A stretch of 64,000 nt of DNA from Amphiscolops sp. MND2022 (taxonomy: Eukaryota). Under the pieces are notes generated by a model that saw only the letters and a list, made by a program, of their open reading frames with translations, was not told the DNA's origin and searched no databases. How positions within the stretch are numbered: the stretch's first letter is position 1; each line of letters begins with the position of its first letter. The translations under genes and the position numbers were made by a program. Positions 1 through 13,100 of the stretch are shown here, piece after piece. Location: the NCBI GenBank assembly GCA_964187785.1, contig OZ076409.1:5830001-5894000 (forward strand). The letters are read 5' to 3'.

Positions 1-390
1 TATTGGATAAAAAATCCATCACATATCTCGATTTCTGAGAACACTTGAAATGAATACTATTGTTATTCGGCCCTATTCTCAGTTTAGCTTCCCAAATTCA
101 TCAATGATGAAAGTCTGCTTCATCCGTCATCACATCACAAAGTACGACCAGAGAACATGCTTTCCACTGAGTCCCTCTTCTCACCAGAATGTCAGGATTT
201 TATCACTCCTTTCCGAGTTATTTTCGTGTCCGAGCGAACGCCGAATAACTTCTACTCATTTTGTAAAATTGCTTCATTTTCTCGTGTAAATCGTGTATTT
301 TGAGTAAATCGTGTAAATTGGTACTTCGTGTAACGGTACAAGAAAATTCGTGTATTCTGGTACGGTACATGTACCGACGTCAATTCACTG
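1..390 (-). mobile_element. Partial copy of the hAT-derived element at 54986
   Basis: Terminus cagtgaattgacgtcggtac (reverse) and subterminal sequence match 54986-55150. Confidence 0.55.
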
Positions 391-902
391 CAGACCACCA
401 TAGAGACACACGCAAAATGAGATCAAGGTGGTAACATTTAAAACGAAGGTGGGACAATGCGTCTTATTCAGCCACCAAGGGCCGCGGGAAATAAGACACA
501 AGGTTCAAATTCCGTTCTGTCGACATCGTCGTGTTGAAATTTTGGTCCAGTGAAATAACTGATGTCGACATAATACTATCCATTACATTGACGGTCATTT
601 AGAAGTTGCTCATTAGATTTTATCATGGAGAAAATTTCGTTGAAATAGGGGTCGATTTATACAATTTGTGCTTGTTCCAAGCGTGAATATCTGCTATTTT
701 AGACAATAGTATCGAAAAATTAGGGTCATTTTTTGGTAGAAGTGTCAAAACAGTTGTAGAGACAATCCTCTAAGTATTTACATTCATATAATATTCTCTT
801 ATTGAAATATTTTTATTAACGAACAAAATGTGTTTTCTTGTTGGGGCGAATTCGAAACAAGGTGTACCTGGGGGATAAGACACATGATCCCAAAGGTGTG
901 TT

Positions 903-1008
903 CCCACGAGTCCGAAAATTGATTTTAACTCCCATGAGTCCGAAAATAATTTTAATTCCCACGAGTCCGAAAATTAGTTTTAATTCGCATGAGTCCGAAA
1001 ATTAATCT
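903..1008. repeat. Tandem repeat, about 28-bp unit x4
   Basis: CCCACGAGTCCGAAAATTRATTTTAATT-like units. Confidence 0.85.
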
Positions 1009-3581
1009 TGCAAGAAAAAAAAATCATATAATTATTGGAATGCAATGTCTCATTTGTGCAAAAGTATTTACTTATTATCGACTTTCATTTCATTTTGTGT
1101 TATTTTACTAGTTATTTCAACTAGACTTAATTGAGACTAATAAATTACACAAAAAATGAACACGGCTTAGCCGAGATGAAAATGAAAAGGAACCATAATT
1201 AGGATAACGGAACACAAATAGTATATAGGAATCATAAGGATAACTATTTTGGACGGCTATACCGGCTGAAGAAACTCTTCTTTCCAGTTTCTATATTATT
1301 CCTGCTATCGCAGAAATGATCAGATCGCAGAAAAGATCAAATCATTGAATGAAATTGAAAATTACAAACTTCACAACAGAACTTCTTGAAGAGGTTACAA
1401 GAACGCTATTCGCAGATAACAACTAACTTGGTTTGTTTTCGTCATTGGAGGGCCCTGATTCTGATTGTGCCTGAAAAAAACTACCTTAAGTGAGGTGAAC
1501 AATCCATCCAAAAATCTGGTGCTTCAACTTTGAACCGCAATATCTCCTGAACTGATCAAGTCCGACAAGCGATGTATAGCGCGTTCGAAAGAAGACAATC
1601 AGGGCTTTCAAATTAATTTTTGAACTGCACTGGCTCCGGACAAAACTTTGCACGCCTCGTGTCTCTGACTGCATTTCAGCGTGTTTCAAAACATGCTATG
1701 GCCACTTTGACCAAATCTTGATACCAGGGATAAATTGGCCACAAACGAAAACTTGAAAAACGGAAAAACTGCGCTATTTTTTGATTTGTTGGTCCCGTTT
1801 TCTCACTTTCGGAGACATCAAGTGAATATTCGGTGAAAAGGCGAGCGATACTATGTAAAATTGTCTGAAAATCTTATTCACGAGTTTTCATTACCATACG
1901 GTCAACTGGTGCCTTTAGAATATTGCAGAAAGTAACTGGTACAAAATAGTACCGTCGTCCATTTAGGGTTAACTTTACACCCTGATCTCAATTACTTTAC
2001 CACCGATTCACTTCATAATAACAAATGCAGTTGCACTTTCAATGTTTCAGTCAGCAGTCAGGCAAGCCAAAGATAAAAAATTATATCAAATTACGGCAGT
2101 AGTGGTGGCAGTGGCGATATTGGTATTTTGTGATGACGTATTGTGCTCAGATGTAGCTCGACTTGACAAACGCGTCGAATGCCTCTTCTGTACTGGAGAT
2201 TCTTTGTGTCGATCTGAAATCAAAAAATGCACCAAAATTATCGCTCTCATCAAGCATTATACGACTAGCTGCAAAAATTAACGAAAAAGGTTCAGAAAGC
2301 TACGCCCTACGCCGACGCGATAAGCTACACTAGAACCAAGATAAGTTTTGCTTTTCTACGAAGTTCCGTCCTCTGTCTCAGATGCTGCAGAGCGACACGC
2401 CGCCAACAAGCAATTGCAGTCTTCTATCAGTGCTATAGTTCACGAGGGAGGGCTGTCATAAATCTGACAATCCCCCGGGTGCTTCCCATTAAACCAAATA
2501 CTATCCGACGATCAATAAAATTTGTGATACATCGTCCTTATTGATAAATTACCCTCCATTTCTCGATGTTTTTTCAAATTCATTTTATAGGACCGTTATT
2601 GACATTGTAAGGAGGTTATGCAGCTTGCAGCGTACTGACACTCAAACTCTTTTCACTGACGCGCGCTCCATGTGGTAAGGGCACAAAATCTTTTCTCTCT
2701 ACACCAAATCCCGGCTTTTTCAGTACGCGCGGAGCTTTCTACTTTGAAAAGTAAAAATTGAAAAATCACGCCAAATCAAACTTTTTACCTTGAATTATCA
2801 AAAAACCTGTTGATTTTACATGAACTACATACATACAAATTTTCTACTTCAACGGTGTCTTTTTTTGGAAACAAGCTATGCGACAATCTTTTCAAGGCAA
2901 ACATTTCAAAAATCACGCTACCTATTGTGAAACTCTAAATGACCCTCAATTCCTACTGCGTGAAAACCACGGAATATCACGCGATTTTAAGTCTGGATTT
3001 TCTGTAATACCTGAGACTTGCTGAGAATACCTTTCTGTATTCTACCACTGGAGATATTTGGGTGAAAATAAGCTATAAATAAAGTATCGAAATTATGACA
3101 AGACTTAAGTTTCAAAAACCGTAATTTCAAAAGTTATAGAAAACTATAGCAAAATTCAAGTTTGTCACTTTTCAAGATAAAATACAAATGAAGAAAAGAG
3201 TTGCCGCCTTTTGTTTCACAAATATCGAGAAAATATTCGTCGTCGGATAGATTTCACTTTCACAGACTCAATTGCTCAGCCAAAAAAAGCGGAATATGAC
3301 ATCTATATATTTTTGCAACATTTGACTTCTATATTATTTGTCTAAATTGGAGATGCTACAAAAGCTGCTTGAGCTCATCCTCTGGCGCGACTTGTACATC
3401 TAATTTCTATTCTTCTACAAGATGTCCGCTAAGCACCGGGATATCATTAGAGTGCATAGGCAAGAAACTTTGTCTTGGATTCCACGACTTTTCTCAATTT
3501 TCGTGTCCCGGATTCCACGACAAGCAGCAAAATAGCTTGTCTATGCACTGTAATGATTTTCCGCCATAAAAATTTCAGGCT

Positions 3582-3646
3582 CCAGCCCGGGTTCGAACCC
3601 ATGACCACCTAAGTGCCAGGCGGACGCACTACCGACTGGGCAACGG
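3582..3646 (-). repeat. tRNA-derived (SINE-head-like) sequence
   Basis: A-box-like TTGCCCAGTCGG and B box GGTTCGAACCC, no proper cloverleaf; related segments at about 54645-54712 (-), 49213-49287 (+) and 60324-60394 (-). Confidence 0.5.
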
Positions 3647-6135
3647 TGAGTAAAATATCCAAATACTAAATATAGAGGCGATTAGATAATTTGAAAAAAA
3701 AAACGCTACGAAGATGGTGATTTTCCCTACACATTAAGTATGGTGACGCGGAAAAAAAATTGATGACATGGTTTTCTAGTATCCAGTCGAATAAACTATC
3801 CTTTGCCAGGTCAATGTTCATTGATGCTTGATACTGACCGAAATATCCTTCGTCTATATCCATGGAGTCCACATTGCTGAAGTCTGGACAATCTGGAACA
3901 TCGAAAGTGTATGCATCCATCTTCTGAAAACGAAGATCGAAAAATATTTAAACTGGCAACACCAAAGTCGGCGAGTCCTTAAGGATTAAATGGTATTGTT
4001 TTGCACTCAAGCACTCGGTACCAGAACATATGTATCATTAATAGTTTAATACAAAAAATGTGGAACTTCACTTATCAGGTTGGTTCACTCATCAGTGAAA
4101 AAAGCCGGGATCGGCCCAAGTCGGCACCTGCTAAAGTTTCAAAAAGCCAAGTTTCTCAAATGTGCAAAAGACTGTTAACATTTTATCAATTTCTCAGCGC
4201 CAAAAAATAGTCGAAGGTATACGCATAATACTCGAAAACCACATTCCCACAGCTGGCAACAACCATTTATTGAAAAAAATTCGTATGTTCGTAATATCAT
4301 AGTGCCGAAAAGGGAGCTTTAAGCTCGCAAAACGCTATTTTCAAACCGAGAACACTTATGAAAGTGAAGGGGTACACTTTGACAAACGTTTTTCGAAAAA
4401 AGTCAGTGCCGAAAAATACCATAGGTCCTTTTCACAATTATTCAGTAACCTCACATCCGTTCCACAGGATGAAAAAAAATCAATGAGGTCACCCTTTAGA
4501 CTCCGAAAAGTGTTATCCTCTCAGAAATCCTGATGAAACCAAAACTCTTTGGAAAGATCGCAAAAACGTCGCATAGTGCCGAAAAAATTCATCGGCCTCC
4601 CTACTTTGGCAAACATAAAACAAGTTTGATTAGTGTGAGACTCGAATCCACGTACTCTCACAACCAGGACAAGAAATCCGCCTTGACCGCTAGGCCAAGT
4701 GGCAGTACGAAGTTACTCACTTTGCCGAGATTGAGGAGTTTTTGGTAGAACTATTATGGCTAGTTCAGGTGTATCGAAAAAAAACTGAGGAAAAGTCATG
4801 ACTATAGTTTCTCTTTTCTTAAGAAAAGGGCCACCTAAAAATAGGAAGTTTCAATGGTTCTAAGCACCAATTACGAAAACTAGTTACAAGTACTGCTCTT
4901 AACGAAGCTTCACAGCATTGGGTGACGTGCGTAAAACTAACCACGGAACTTATTTTTTTAAAATCATTTGAATTTCATTGAAACTACGCCTTGTTCATAA
5001 TTTCTCTTCGGTATTTGAGATATCTTATCGTTTCCCCAACAATTTTCAAACAAACTGCCAAGGGGAAAATCTCAACTGGTACAGGTTCTATCGGTACTGC
5101 TCTGTATTGATTTGTCAATTGGATAAGGGGCAGAAACTTTCTCATCCAAAATGAGAAAATTTCGTATCAGACATCAAAATTTAACAAGTTTTGTTGTGAA
5201 TTTTGACCTTTTCAATTTGATTTTAAAACTTGCATGAAGTTTTTCCTGCCAACCGATTATCAAAAATACACATTGGGAACGTGAAACGACTGAAATTCGA
5301 TGCATCTGTAAAAAAATGGGGAAACACTGGGGGTTGTCGGGACTTGTAGATGCAGTAGTTATCGAGGAAAAATTCCCATTTCAGCAATAATTTTTGCGGA
5401 CACAATTACGCTGGTGTAAGAAAATCGAAAGGGAAAGAAACCGAGAAATGGCACGCTGGTGTATGCCGGCGCCTCGTTCAAAGATCAAGAAGCGCAAAAG
5501 TACTTCAAAGCGTCAAGGAATCTTTTTCGAAAAATTCTCAATTCCATGACGCCGAAAAACTTGGAAAATTGAATTTTCTCAAAAGTCGCACAGTTCCAAA
5601 AAACCTCATTCTTCTAAATCCAATTAAGTAGGGGAAAATGCGAATAGGGAGACCCTTCCGACCATTTTGTAGAACTTTTATTATAGATTTCGGCATTTTA
5701 CATGAAATTGTCACTTCGACCGGATTGAAAAAAGCACGGCAAAAAGTGGCTATAATAGTCGCGTTTCGTTTCACAAAGCGCCAACAAAAATACTGGAATG
5801 CAAATACTCCGTGTCGAGATTTTTAGCACCGCGTTCTGAGCCAGGATTACGTAAGACTGACCCAACCTGATGTTGGATTTCCGAGATTGATTTTGGCTAA
5901 TTGTGCCGTGGTTGTAACAAACAATTCTGAGGTTAGCTAGTCTGTTGCATCGCAAAAGGTTAAACGGAAAATGAGCATTTTTTTCGAAAAATAAGTTTCA
6001 TTTTTTGACGGAAATCTCAATGAAAATAATGGAAAACGAACGACTTAAAACTTCACTCTCAAAATTATAAACTGAAGATTCAACTGCCAATAAAGAAACA
6101 GTCGCCGTTCATTTAAGCTTCGGTTGAACGCTAGT

Positions 6136-6521
6136 TTTTTAGTCAGCGCTTTTTTTAAGAGTCGACTATAGTCATGGCTTTTCGTCAGTTTTTTTTCAAT
6201 ACACCTGAAGTAACCAAAATAGTTCTACCAAAAGTTAAAAAATTTTAAAATGTAAGGAACTGAACCAAAAAGGCTTTTTAGTTTTTTTCGGCATTTTGAG
6301 ACCTTTTCCGAAAAACAATTTCCCTAAAGGGCCCCCCTTTCAATTTTTTGAAGTTTTGGGACAGAAAAAATGTTGAAAAATCCCAAAGGGTCCCCCTTTC
6401 AGTTTTTTTGACATTGCCAGACTTTTTTTCAATTATTTTGTCACCAAAGGGTCCCCAATACTTTGACAATTTGAAGTCCTTTTGCTATTTTTGACCATAT
6501 ATGGCGCCGGTCCGGCTTGTT
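6136..6521 (+). mobile_element. Helentron/DINE-like family copy
   Basis: Same internal units and degenerate termini. Confidence 0.55.
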
Positions 6522-9500
6522 ATTCTCTTTGTAAGTTTGCTCTCAATATGTTGATATTGAATTTGACAGGGAAAAATTTTACCGTCTTTTTTTATGGCAT
6601 CTTTTAAAACAGTTTTTTACCATACTGTTTTAAAACAATTTTGAAAACATGACAGCCCTGTCAGCGCCCGAAGATTTTCACAGCCAGAGGAAATCAAAAT
6701 TCTGAGTGGAACCCAATGGATACTTTAGCAAAAGGGGTGTGCGATTAATTGATATTTCATTGAAAACCAATTAATATAATAATACATTTGTTTTATCAGC
6801 GCTGTAAAATTTCAGTCAATGACTCAATCTCAATTCTCATTGGCTGTTTTTAGGAAGCTATGTAATCTTTCCAGCATCGTTTCAGTTGCAAATATCTAAT
6901 AATATCCGGATTTTTAATCACATTATTTCCAGTGGGAAGCAAAGTATTTCTCCAGCAAATTTCAGAATGTTAATATTTCTCAAAGAATTTTTACCCTTTT
7001 CTGAATTCATTGATTTTCACAGACTTTTCAATAATTGAGCTGTCATTGAGTGATCAATGACCCAGTTTATTTTTTTCCTTAACCACACACCCCTATTTAG
7101 CAATCGTTTCGGGGTCAGGAATGCACGGATTTCTAGACGCTGAGATATGAAGCTTCAAATTTTGCTTACTGTGAGAAAGCGGCCATTGATTGGTAGCGTG
7201 AAACTACATTCCATCTACTATTACTGTGACAAGTAAAGCTGGAATACCAGCTTTGACCAAAGTGAAAACCAATCATACACGTTTTGTATTACCGCCTAAT
7301 TCAACAGAGAGCATCAGTTTTTGTCCAATTTTTCAAGGAAGTAGGCCTTTGGCAAATTTTCCGTCGGAAGAAGTTGCCCACACAAAGGTTGAATCGTTCA
7401 TTTAGCTAATGAACTTTAAAACTGTTAATTTAGCACGGCATCAAAAACGTGGGAATTAAATGTATTCATGCTTCGGATAATTTCACCAAACTCGTCCGTT
7501 CTTGCAAAACTGTTTCCGTCCTTTAGGCGTTCTCACTTGACCACTGAAAATTGAATAGGCAGTTTGGAAATTGAATGCACTAGACTCGTAAAATCGTGTA
7601 ATCGCGTGAATTATTGACGAATCAAATTTCACCGTGTCACCGACGATGAAAGCATGAAAAAAATTGTTCAAAATGCGTAAATGGCGTTTAATTGAGGAAA
7701 GAGAATACGAAAATATTTGTCGTTCTATAATTAACACAGAGTAATTTTTTTGCAGCCAACTGAAAATTCTCTCCAATGAGCGTTAAAGTTTGGGTTTCGA
7801 AAACACTGAAGCAGTTTTGTTTTGGCATGTCTATTCCGAACTAAGTTTTTTTTTAAAAAAAAATGCAAGAAATTAGCGTGAAATAGGACCAAATTTGGCG
7901 TGACACGGAAGCGTGAAATTTACTGGTTTTTCAGCGTGATTTTCAGCGGGGCCTAGAATTAGAATTTCGATATCGCTAATCGATAAACAGCTAATTTCAA
8001 AATTCCCATTTTGCTGAAAAACTTTCTTCAAACTATTAAATGTATGAATTCATGTATGTTTCAAAAATCAGGATGTTTCAAAATTAAATGATAACTTAAT
8101 TCAATTTGTGCAAGAAAAAATACTAGAATTTCTCGTACTGAGTGACTTTTAAAAGCGTATAAGTTGGATTTTTCAAAATTCATTTTGAAACTTCGAGTAT
8201 TTTCCGAGGAATTTTTGAATTTGAATCGCGAATAAAATCGACGAAAAATTCTGGGCGGCCGTCTATTCGCTGATTAGCGGGGTCAAAACTCTGCCTAGAA
8301 TACACTTTCAAAATACTCAAAGGACATGGCACATTTGTGACAAAAAGGATAAAGTTTATAACAGGAAGCACGTTTGGACACACTCAAACGAAGTGTCAGT
8401 TTTCTTATCTCTGTTGTAACTTGGCGACCCTGTAACTTCTAATTCAAACGAAGAAACACATTTGAATTGGTTTATAATTTATTGAATATCTGTAAACTAG
8501 TCAAAACAAAATAGATCTGTTATAACAATGAAAACCAAAACCATTGATAGAAAATTAAAATGTAGTTGTGAATGTTATTAAAATACAAGCTTTTAAAACA
8601 AGAAAAACAGATGAGCTTCAGGTCCGAATAAAAACACATTCAGAAAAGCACAATTCCTCTGTGCTAATGGAGGGCTAATGGTTTCAAGGAATACTGAATA
8701 CTGCCCCTTTGATAAGCTGTAATTCTTTGCGAGTGCATTTCATTAACAACTGACCTAACAAGTTTACAATAAAGTTAAATCTGCACTCTTTCTGTGGACC
8801 AGATTCTCATTTGCAGGGAACTGCTGTTTTTATTCAATCATCAGACGACGCTCTAGAATTCGAAAGGCACTCTTTTCTGTCCCAAAACAGGAAGTTAACT
8901 TCTATTCGAATAGTTTTTTGTTTGAACAAAACATTTTTCACACATTTTAAGTGTGTTCGAATTAAGATTTTTGAGACTCAAAACAAGAATCTGTTTATTC
9001 CCTAATCAAAAATGAGTGACTCCATAGGCAAATTAAAATTGAAGGTTTCTGGTTTGTATTCGAGTCTTTGTTATAATATTTTCACTGATTTTCCAAAAAT
9101 TTTGGTGGTGGGGGAACAACAGAGAAGAGCCTCAAAAGCCACATTTTCGAGGGAAATTGTTGTAAAACACTTTGAAAACGCTTTTCATTTTTCCTAGTTC
9201 AGAGCCAAGAAGGAAAAATCTGATATATCTAAATTGAAGAATCCATTAAACAATATTGATGTTCTTCTTCAACAAACGAAATCGTCTGCTGATTGAATAA
9301 ATACAGGAATAAAAAATACGATGACGTAATTAAATTGTGACGTCATCGATTTGTGGTATAAGAAAATGAACAAGAGATAGATTGAACAAAGGCCGCTCGC
9401 TGCCTTCTCACTGCGAGCGAGCAACAAATTCAAAAAAGTAATAAAAACGACGACAACATTTATAGAGAAGGACAACACTTGGTGACTTTTAACACATGTC

Positions 9501-9644
9501 AATATTTGGGTCGCCCATCTAGTTTGTGCCACTTCAAGAACGAGCGGCGACTGTCTTTTTTCTTTCGATATAATTTGCCTTGTGGGTCAATTTCTTCAAC
9601 ATGAGGCTGACCCCAGCTGACCTGACCTTTGACCTCTCTGTAGG

Positions 9645-10124
9645 TTATAGATTGTGATGATGTGAAGGCGTTGAAGACACAGCACTTACATGTGCGGGTG
9701 ACATGGAACTACTGGAAACGTTAGTTGCGTTCATGGCTAAAGTAGCTCTCCTTTCCTGTTCGAGAACAATCAACCTCCTAATCTCGTGTTCTTGTGCCAT
9801 CTGCGCATTGAACTGCGAATGGTTGCTAGCCAAAACAGAAAGGTAGTCCTCGGGAATCGAACCCGCGCCACCGGCACCAGGTCTGCCCGCGCCAGATAAG
9901 GCAGCAGCTGCGGCGGCCGCTGGATAGTTGGATAGGATGTTGGCAGCTCCGGCGGTAGATCCGGATCCCGCGGATCCAGCGCCGCCTGGAATGAGGCCAG
10001 CCAGGGCGACCGCTTGTGCCTGCAGCTCTCGTTCCCTCGTGGCCAGCGCATGTGGTAAGCCCAGAGCGAGAGGGTTGTTGCTATTGGCTACGGACACGGG
10101 CGAATTTTGCTGCTGTTGTTGTTG
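9645..10124 (-). CDS. RERE: RERE-like terminal exon (QQQQQQNSPVS...RERELQAQ...PEDYLSVL...HHHNL*)
   Basis: taacag| acceptor; stop TAA at 9645-9647; EDY and Q/E-rich helix resemble the atrophin C-terminus. Confidence 0.82.
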   Translation of the reverse strand, partial: QQQQQQNSPVSVANSNNPLALGLPHALATRERELQAQAVALAGLIPGGAGSAGSGSTAGAANILSNYPAAAAAAALSGAGRPGAGGAGSIPEDYLSVLASNHSQFNAQMAQEHEIRRLIVLEQERRATLAMNATNVSSSSMSPAHVSAVSSTPSHHHNL

Positions 10125-13100
10125 CTGTTATTAGGCCAGAGATGTTAATACAATCAAATAAGTTAATTTATTTTTGTTAATTGGTGGCTTTTCTGGCTAG
10201 TTGGTCTTTTTGGATAGTTTTCAAAGTATTCAAAACAACGTACATTCCTCTTAAAGTAATCATTGGAATACTCCCAAAGAGGTGCCGTAAATCGAGGTCT
10301 GACTATACAGTGTTTTCCGTTTTTTTTTTCAAAAAAATACACTTTTAATCCTCCTCATTTCAATAATGCCTCCTATCAACATCCCTGTTGGGCGGCGGCA
10401 GCAGCGGCGGCCCCCATGGCAGAGAGGATGTTGTTGGAAGTGTGGTTGTTGTAGTTGCCGGTTGCTGCACCCCCGGCGGCGGCCCCGAACGGGGGCAGTC
10501 CCAGCATGGCCGCCAGGTGTGCGTGGTGCTCGTTAGACGCGGCGGCGGCGGCTGCGGCAGCCGAGTGGTTGGATCCCGAAGAGGCGTTCAGCCCACTGGC
10601 AGCAGCCGCAGCAGCCATCGCAGCGGCCGAGTTGTTCTGAAACACGCATTGCAGTGAAATAGTTGTCAATCAAGGTTGTTAATTAAAAAGTTTTTTTCAC
10701 GAAAAATGTTTCTCTCGAAAAATGTTTTTTTTTCTCAAAAAAACTTGAAAATCTTGTTCTTAACTATGCCGACGATTTCGAAATTGGTGAAAGGATTTCA
10801 ATTTCTCGAAAAGAAAAACATTTTTAAATGGTCAATAAAACACAGTTTCAGACACTTCTTTGCAGTTCTTTTTGGTCTAGTTTCTGACTGTTCGAATTGT
10901 TTGGTACTTTTTACCTTTTTCAGATCAGAATATCTCGTGTGAAAGATGGTTTTTCGGAAATTTTCAGTGAAGTGAATGAATAAATTTTTGTACAATGCAA
11001 TAATTGGAAACACAAAAAAATGTTGTGCATAACACATTGTTTTCCACGGTAGTTTTCCCAAGATGGAAAAAACATTATCAACATTTCGTTGAAAAACTTG
11101 TTCAACACTTGGTTCAAACTTGTACCTGACTCTTTACATTTCCAGTTGAATAAAAAATATCTTTTCAGGCGGAGAAAGATAAACCAGAGCCGCATGTGAG
11201 GTGAAGGAGTCAGAAACGGAATAAAATATTGAAATACAAATTACGTACTTTTTTGTCATTTGGTAAATTTTGGACTATTTTTGGCTATGATTTCTCCCAT
11301 CCCAGTCATACTATTTTGATGTAATAGCACACATAGGACGCCTAATACGGCGTAGAATGACTGTGAAAAAATTCGTTCGAACCGTATGGATAGTTTTTGA
11401 GAAATTTGACATTTTCACTGAAAGGTCGGAAAAAAATAAGCATAAGTAATCGAAAATTTTTTCCGACTCCTAAAAATTCAAGTTTGTTAATTATAGTTTT
11501 TTCCACGGAAATGTTTCAACAAGTTTTTCAACGAAATGTTGATAATGTTTTTTCCATCTTGAGAAAACTACCGTGGAAAACAATGTGTTATACACAACAG
11601 TTTTTTGTTTGTTTCCAATTACTGCATTGTACAAAAATTTTTTCATTCATTTCACTGAAAATTTCCAGATATCATCTTTCACACGAGATTTTCTGATCTG
11701 AAAAAGGTAAAAAGTACCAAACAATTCGAACAGTCAGAAACTAGACCAAAAAGAACTGCAAAGAAGTGTCTGAAAAAAGTGTTTTTTTAAATTGTTTTTT
11801 AAAATGGTTTTATTCACCATTTAAAATTTTTTTCTTGAGTTTCATTAATTAAAAAAAACACCTTAACAACCTTGAAAACATTGGGACATTTTTGCAATTT
11901 TTGTCAATTTCGGTCACAATTTAAGGCAATTTTCGGCTGTAAGACCGCATTTATTTCTTCAAATGATGAATCAAATATGAGCGATTACAACCAGATCACT
12001 TGTCTAATTGTGTGAGAATTGTGTCGGACAGGCACGAGTGTGCAGTATTGCATTTTAACTCATTGTGAAAGGCCACATATTTTGTGTCAAACGGAAAGTA
12101 CTGAAACTTTGCAGAGACACTGATACAAGAGGGATATTTCAAATTATCTTCACATCACTAGTCTAATTCGTTCGTGTTTTCTTCATTGCCACAGCTTTTT
12201 TAATTTTAGCAAAAACTTGACGTTTGAACTGTTTTTGCTTCACTTTCGAATATGCGAAAGTCTCTCAGAAACTGTCATCGGAGTTTTGTCGATGATTCCA
12301 AGTTCCCAGAAGTAGAATAATATGCTTTTCATCATGAAAGTTGAAAACAATGTGAAGCGTTTTTGTTAAATAAGAAAGCCAATACGATGTATCGTTTCTT
12401 TGGTGTAAAGTAGTCAAACTTTGATCACTTTCCCCTTTTGAAATGAATGGTATTTCTAAGTACTCGAAAAGTGGATTCTAGTCAAGCATTGACTAATTTA
12501 CGTGGTAGATAGCTCTAAGTGCTCGAAAAGTGGATTCTAGTCAAACATTGACGAGTTTACGTGGTACATAGCTCTAAGTACTCGAAAAGTGAATTCTGGT
12601 CAAATATTGACTAATTTACGCTTTATACACGTTACGGAATTGAGCCAATTGTAGGTTGAAATTCTTGACTGGTTTCCACTTTTCTCTAATTACGCTCAAT
12701 GACCAAAATCCGCAATTTCTGATTACACTGTGCATCAAAATTCACGATGAACACACTACTCTGTTTGACTAGAATACGGTTCGTTCTCGTTTTACGGAAA
12801 ATACACTTGATGATAAAATCCACTTTTGCGGCATATGTATCGTAATGATCGTCGTTGAATTTCATGCCGTTTGATCAAAGTTTGCGGTTGCAAAGCGGCC
12901 GTTCAACGCAAAAATTTGAACGGAAGTTAAAATTTTGGCGCGAAAATTGAACTTTCTGCCGTGAAAAGAGTTCCATGCTAAATATCCTATCAATGTCTTG
13001 GTTGAATATATCAGAAGGTTTTACAGTAGAAGTCTTAGTTGCTTCAAAACAGCTCTCGAAACTATCACCTTAATTTCTAAAAACCCTGTGTGGACCATGT

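Noticed and set aside
903..1008. Short repeat array resembling CRISPR
   Set aside because: Head-to-tail units with no unique spacers, eukaryotic context, no cas genes
8478..8483. AATAAA (minus strand) as the RERE polyadenylation signal
   Set aside because: Plausible, but several such hexamers occur in this AT-rich region and one cannot be chosen without transcript data
12455..12620. 59-bp periodic repeat resembling CRISPR
   Set aside because: The whole unit is repeated with no variable spacers; an ordinary minisatellite
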